A DNA stretch of 64,000 nt from Gekko japonicus (Eukaryota). The translations under genes and the position numbers were made by a program. The notes under the pieces are model-generated. The model was given only the letters and a program-made list of their open reading frames with translations, was not told where the DNA came from and did not search any database. The stretch covers positions 332,669 through 396,668 of the forward strand of contig NW_015168690.1 of the NCBI RefSeq assembly GCF_001447785.1, in the 5' to 3' direction. This document shows positions 58,728 to 64,000 of the stretch, piece after piece (within the stretch, counting starts at the first letter, position 1; every line of letters begins with the position of its first letter).

Positions 58728-61062
58728 ACCTGAGAGGCAAGAGCATGGTTACTTTTTAACAAATCTGGGGAAATGACTCAGATAAAAATATGGACTTCCT
58801 CGGTGGTGATTACACTAAAACAGAAAGTGGAATGGGCAATCATTCAAAAAGACAGGATTGTTATATGGTTTTAGTACAATTGTTGCTGAATTAATACTGA
58901 ATTAATTCAGCACAGATATTGAGATGGACAATAGGGGGCATCACCATGACAGCTGAAAACGTCAGGCATCAACCTAATATGGAAGAACCTAACTACATCA
59001 GAACAGCAGAATTTCAGCATTCTGAAGATGTTCTGCATCAGCTTTAGAAATTGGAACAACCCTAAGCCATGAATCATACTGAATCTAAAATTTCTCTCTT
59101 GTACTGTTGCGAGTGTAAGCCTTGTAGAAATATTGATTTTAAAAAGTGTGTGAAATGGGCCTAGCCTAAAAACACTGTCCTCTAGAGGGAGCTGCTTCCT
59201 ACAGAGAGACTGGGTGAGTGGTTGCTTGGCGACAGGGCAGGAGAAGGAGGGGGTAAACTCCAAGAGAGAGAAACAGCCAAAAAAGAAGCTCAGGAGTTTT
59301 TCCTCCTGATAGTTGGGAGAATTTCTAAAGAAGTTCCTGGGGGAAACAGACTGTGGAAACGGAGAAAGGCAGTTAGCAGAGAAGTGACCACCTTCTGGAG
59401 TGAGCCATCAATCCTGAGAGAGTGTGGCTTCTGTGACTATGAGAAAAAGGGGCTTCATAGGAACGCCAGCCTCCAGATGGGACCTGGGATCCCCTGGAAT
59501 TGCAGCTCTAGACTAGATAGATCAGTTCCCTTGGAGAAAATGGATGCTTTGGAGGGTAGACTCTATGGTATTGTACCCCACAGAGGTCCTCCCCAGACTC
59601 CATCCCCAAATCTCCATGAGTCTCCAAACCTGGAGCCTCCGAACCAATCCTACCCCCCCATCCCCTGTCAGTTGCCGGGGGAGGGGGGGCTGGCAACCCT
59701 ACTTCTCAGTAACAGTGAGGAAAAGTGGCTAGAAGACTTTCTTCTCTTTTTGCCCTGAATTTGGGACTGGCATAATTTTTATTTATACTGTTCATTAAAC
59801 CTCCCAGTCTGACCTTGTTTCCCTTACCTTTCAAGAAACATTATTTGTTTAAGTGTGTTTTGAATGGGGCATCCACAGCCCTGTGACCACTAATCTGGCC
59901 CTTTTAAGTGTATGAATGTAGAGTTTTGTGTCAAAAGTTGGAACAGGCTTTCACAGGCTATGCCTGCTTAATTGGATGGATCAGGCGGACTGGAAACTTA
60001 ATGTGCTCATAGGAAATGGAAGCCTGTCAGGCAAAGTCTTCAAAGATTGTGTCATTTGGATTCTGTAGCTTCATCTTAGCAAATGGGGAAAGCTAGAGGC
60101 TCAGAACAGAAGATGATGCATTCAGTTCAGTTGTGCAACTAATTGGTAGTTAAATGTAGGTAGCATGCACGTGACATGAGCTATTTCAGGTACAAGCATA
60201 GTATGTTAAGTATTTGCATCATTTGAGCTCGTTCCTTTTTGTGTGTAGAATTCATAAGATTTTCCCATACACATACAGACTAATTAAAAGTAAGATCTTT
60301 GAAGCCTTTTTTTCTGGCCAACTACTGAGAAAGCTGTGGATAGCCTACAGTCTCAAGTGTCTACTTCTGTTCAACAGAAAATTTTTTAGATATGCAGCAC
60401 TGAGTTCAAGACAACTGAATTATTGCTCCCTTAAGGAAATATCACATGAGGAAATGAGTAATGTCAAACAGCCATATCATTCTTGCTATTTTGGCGTTTC
60501 TCCTGTGAAGACGTCCGCAGCCGGCTATACAGCTTATCACTGGGCAGGACCATTGCACTAACAGAATGTCTGCTTCTGCAGAGTTACGAAGACTGAACAT
60601 CAATATTCAGGGGCTTGGCTTTTTGAAGGCAGTGGTTCCACAGTGTCTTTTGATAGAGCGTTGTAAAGCAAGGAAAGAGATTTCTCTCTAACTCAGGTCT
60701 AGTGTAAGCAGTAATTAAAGTGACACTCCCAAAGTCTATTGCCCCATTACACACTTAAGAGACTTCCTAAAATAAACCAAAAGATGTTGCATCTCATTTA
60801 GTTTTAATTCCTGTGCCTTGAAAGAAAGTAGACAGTAAGAGCACTAAATATTCATTCCTTCTTTAAGTGAACTAATATAATGTTCCTGACATTCCCATGA
60901 GTGAGTCATGGTCACTCGTTGCTCACTGAGACGGAAGTCCTATTATGACTTTCAGCAAATATTTGCTCAGGGCACAGATCTTAGCAGAAAAAGCTTTTGT
61001 TAACCAAAGAGTAGATCTATTCTTGATAGTTTTAAATCTGTAATCAGCTGGAAGTTACTTAC

Positions 61063-61223
61063 CCCTTGGACCATGTCCTGCTAACCTCCTGTTCAAAAGA
61101 ATTCTAGTGTCAGGTTCCTGCAGAAACACGCTGGTCCCTTTGTTCTCTGGAAATCCATTGAGTGTCTCCACTGAAACCAGAAGCTCAGCTGTCAAACAGA
61201 GTGTCCTTTCCATCTATATTTAG
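61063..61223 (-). promoter_or_regulatory. LSMEM1: Candidate LSMEM1 promoter and non-coding exon 1
   Basis: Strong donor GGG|gtaagt at 61063/61062; perfect MEF2 site CTATATTTAG 61214-61223; E-boxes CAGCTG 61186-61191 and 61046-61051. Confidence 0.5.
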
Positions 61224-62519
61224 TATTCATTTCAGCCAAGTTGTCAAGTTTCAAATATTTGGTTGGATAGAGTCTATTTTAATTTTGTGTACAGAGCCAA
61301 ATTGTTAGCAATCAGACCCCTCCTCCCACAGAGGGGCAGTTTAGTGCTTAGAGAATAACATAAACACCCTTCATACAAATATCACCTCAAAAATCATAAA
61401 TATAAGACACTGTCTGGCCCAAAATGACACAAAATGGATGCCAGCCAGAAACAAGCCTGGGAAAATATTTTTGTATGTAAGCCAGAAGTGGCTAATGACC
61501 CTCTCCACACCTGAGGAGATACATCATTAGGAACAATGGGTCTTCCAAGAATCTGTTACCTCACATTTTATGAATCCCAACAACTCCAGCCCCACTTTCC
61601 CCTTATCCATTTACCCTAGTTTAGCGACACTGATGCTATTCACAAAACCTGGTAGTTTTCCTATCCAGTACTTAGTGGGTCATCAAGAAACATTAACTCC
61701 TATACTTCATCTCAGGTAAACTCATCAAGATTTTGCCCAAATCATTGTTCATCTCCAGAAAAGCAATCAATTTATTGTTTTGGGGGCAAACACATTAAAC
61801 CACCCTAGGGAACTTTTCCTCTAGCTACCAGCACACTGCTCCATACCAGTGTATGTGTTCTTGGCACCACGCCTCATGCCCCCACTTTCATATGGACCCT
61901 GTCTTCTTCAATATGAAATGCTGGTAGTTTTGCTGCTGCCTCTGCAGACCTCTGTCTTTGAGACTGGTAACTGTATAACTTTCATGAAATTGCTTTCTCC
62001 CTCTCCTCCCTTTAATTTCCTCTCAGTCAACTTGTGTCTTTGTGTGTTTTTGCTCTTTTTTACTTCTTTTTAATAAAGAACCTTACCACTTGAATATCTG
62101 ACTGGATTATTTCAAAAGTTCTCAGAGGGGAAAATCCCAGTAAACACTGGTGATCCCAGCTACCCCCTCTTTCTAGTCTCCTTTAAGATAATTTCTGCCA
62201 ACTAAATAGGAAAACACCTCTTTGGGTAATAATATACATAACATTCATAAAAAATATGTGAATCCATAATCTTAATAAAATATGAAATATAAAAATTGCT
62301 AACATAAATGCATTACAGAGCATGTACCATCTTGTTGTTACAGCCAATACAGATAGCCATTTCCTACACCACAGAGCAATTGCTATTATTAATCTGTTGC
62401 TGCCAGTCATATGACGAATTAAGATCATATTGTTCATATTGTTTATTTCAAATACACATTTGTGTTTCTATGATCCTCCAGTTTTATCAGATTCTGTCCA
62501 GTTTTACCAGAGGGATCGT

Positions 62520-63650
62520 AATCTGGGCGGATAGTCTCCTTTAGGATATAGAGACTGATCCTCTGATGCATAAGAGGTCTCTCCTTAAAATCAAGAGTGT
62601 GGCTGAATTTGCAGTGGGTGCATCACAAGACACCATGCAATTTTGCGCTAGAGCACAACCAGCAAATGTGGTCAGGAGAAATTTGAGGCTGAAATCCAAT
62701 TTGTCTGCAGAAATTTTTTTGGGTCGATTGCTCTTCAAGGAAAGAGCACTAGACAAAGTATTGGTGGAAACTAAAGAGAAGAAGAAAGTGATGCCTTTCC
62801 CCTCTGTTCCTAGGGACAAAGACACAAAGAGGAAAACCTTTCACTCCTTTCATAACTACAGGACCCACACAAGAGGCAGAGAGGCCAGGGACTACGGAAG
62901 TAGTCATGCCTTCAGTTACCACCCCAGGTTTCAGCACAGACAGTTCCCAGCCAACTAGTAAGACAAGAATGCTTCTGGCAAGGGACCCACCGCCTGACTA
63001 CCTGATAGGAGGCCAAGTCCAGAAGTTTGCCCACCACAGGAAAAGATCAACAACCGATTTGTGGGTTCTTTCAATTATTGAACATGGTTACAAAATAGAG
63101 TTTTTGTCTCCCCCTCCACATTGGTTCCTCCCATCTTCCATTCCCAAATGTGAACAGAAATGGCTCTTGCTGTTGAAGGCAATCCAGCACCTCCTTTCCG
63201 TCAGAGTGATAGAACCACTTCCCTCTCATCAGTGCTTCCAGGGAGTCTACCTACCGCGAATCCTGGGTCACTTAATTTCAAACATAGACTTTATTCTATG
63301 GGCCCCTTTCTGTGCAAGACCCTTGCAATGAACACTGTTACCTCACCAAAAAGATATCAGCAAGAGGTTTTAAAATCTCTGAGGAAATCTCTGAAATGGT
63401 GGACTCTTCAGGAAAACGTGACCAAAGGAGTGAGCTTCCTATAGTTGCCTCATGTACTAGTGCCCACAAGGGTATGGGGAGCACACTGCCTAGATCACAT
63501 GGCACAAGCATAAACTGGCTAGAGTTAAGGGCAATCAAACTAACTGTGTTTGCCTTCTGCAACTTAATTCAAGACAAGTACTGGTGAGGACCAACAACAC
63601 AACAGCAAAACCTCACATCAACCGTCAAGGGGACGCCAAGGCAGCTCCTC
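62520..63650 (+). mobile_element. DIRS1-like gag/RT/RNase H fragment (internally deleted)
   Basis: IGGQVQKF..STTDLWVLSIIEHGYKIEF; INWLELRAIKL; VRTNNTTAK.HINRQG. Confidence 0.85.
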
Positions 63651-64000
63651 TCGACAAGGATAATACTACCAGAGCAATCACAGTGTAGACAACACAACAG
63701 CAAAAACAACTACTGTGCAATACAGCACTATTACAATAAATGCAAAAGTAATTTACATATACTCAAAGTGTTATTATAATGTATTAATTATTTCCAATAT
63801 TCCATATAAGACACTCAACACAAAAATATAGTTATTCCCATCCAGTATCAAAGTGGTTGTTGTTCTTGTTCAGTCGCAGTTGAGTCCGACTCTTTGTGAC
63901 CCCATGGACCAGATCACTGACAAGATTGTGAGTGATTGTGAGCACATGTCGACATAGAGAATTATACGCTGTAGAAAATACCCGACCTTGACTGTTTGTT

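Overview
Eukaryotic, repeat-dense squamate genomic DNA, most likely gecko (Sauria SINEs, Squam3-like and 5S-derived SINEs, BovB, CR1, L2, RTE-X, DIRS, Penelope and many hAT MITEs), with four N-gaps. Two spliced protein-coding genes were reconstructed by hand, both on the minus strand. (1) LSMEM1 has coding exons 58601-58727, 51818-51958 and 50077-50261 (150 aa) and a candidate MEF2/E-box promoter near 61.2 kb. (2) About 20 kb downstream is a 9-coding-exon gene (29744->5109, ~369 aa) that the ORF track almost misses. All its introns are GT-AG and phase-consistent. It encodes an unnamed TPR-repeat protein under a CpG-island promoter with RFX X-box-like motifs. I recognise no mammalian counterpart between LSMEM1 and TMEM168, so it is the best candidate for an undescribed (probably ciliary/testis) gene. 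Notable mobile-element structures: a ~4.1-kb two-gene PIF/Harbinger fossil with introns, a Penelope-like ~0.5-kb inverted repeat with a decayed hammerhead motif, an ORF1-only (HAL1-like) L1 derivative with a 3' hairpin, and two same-family solo LTRs bracketing the TPR gene. Family assignments come from motif recall, not database searches.
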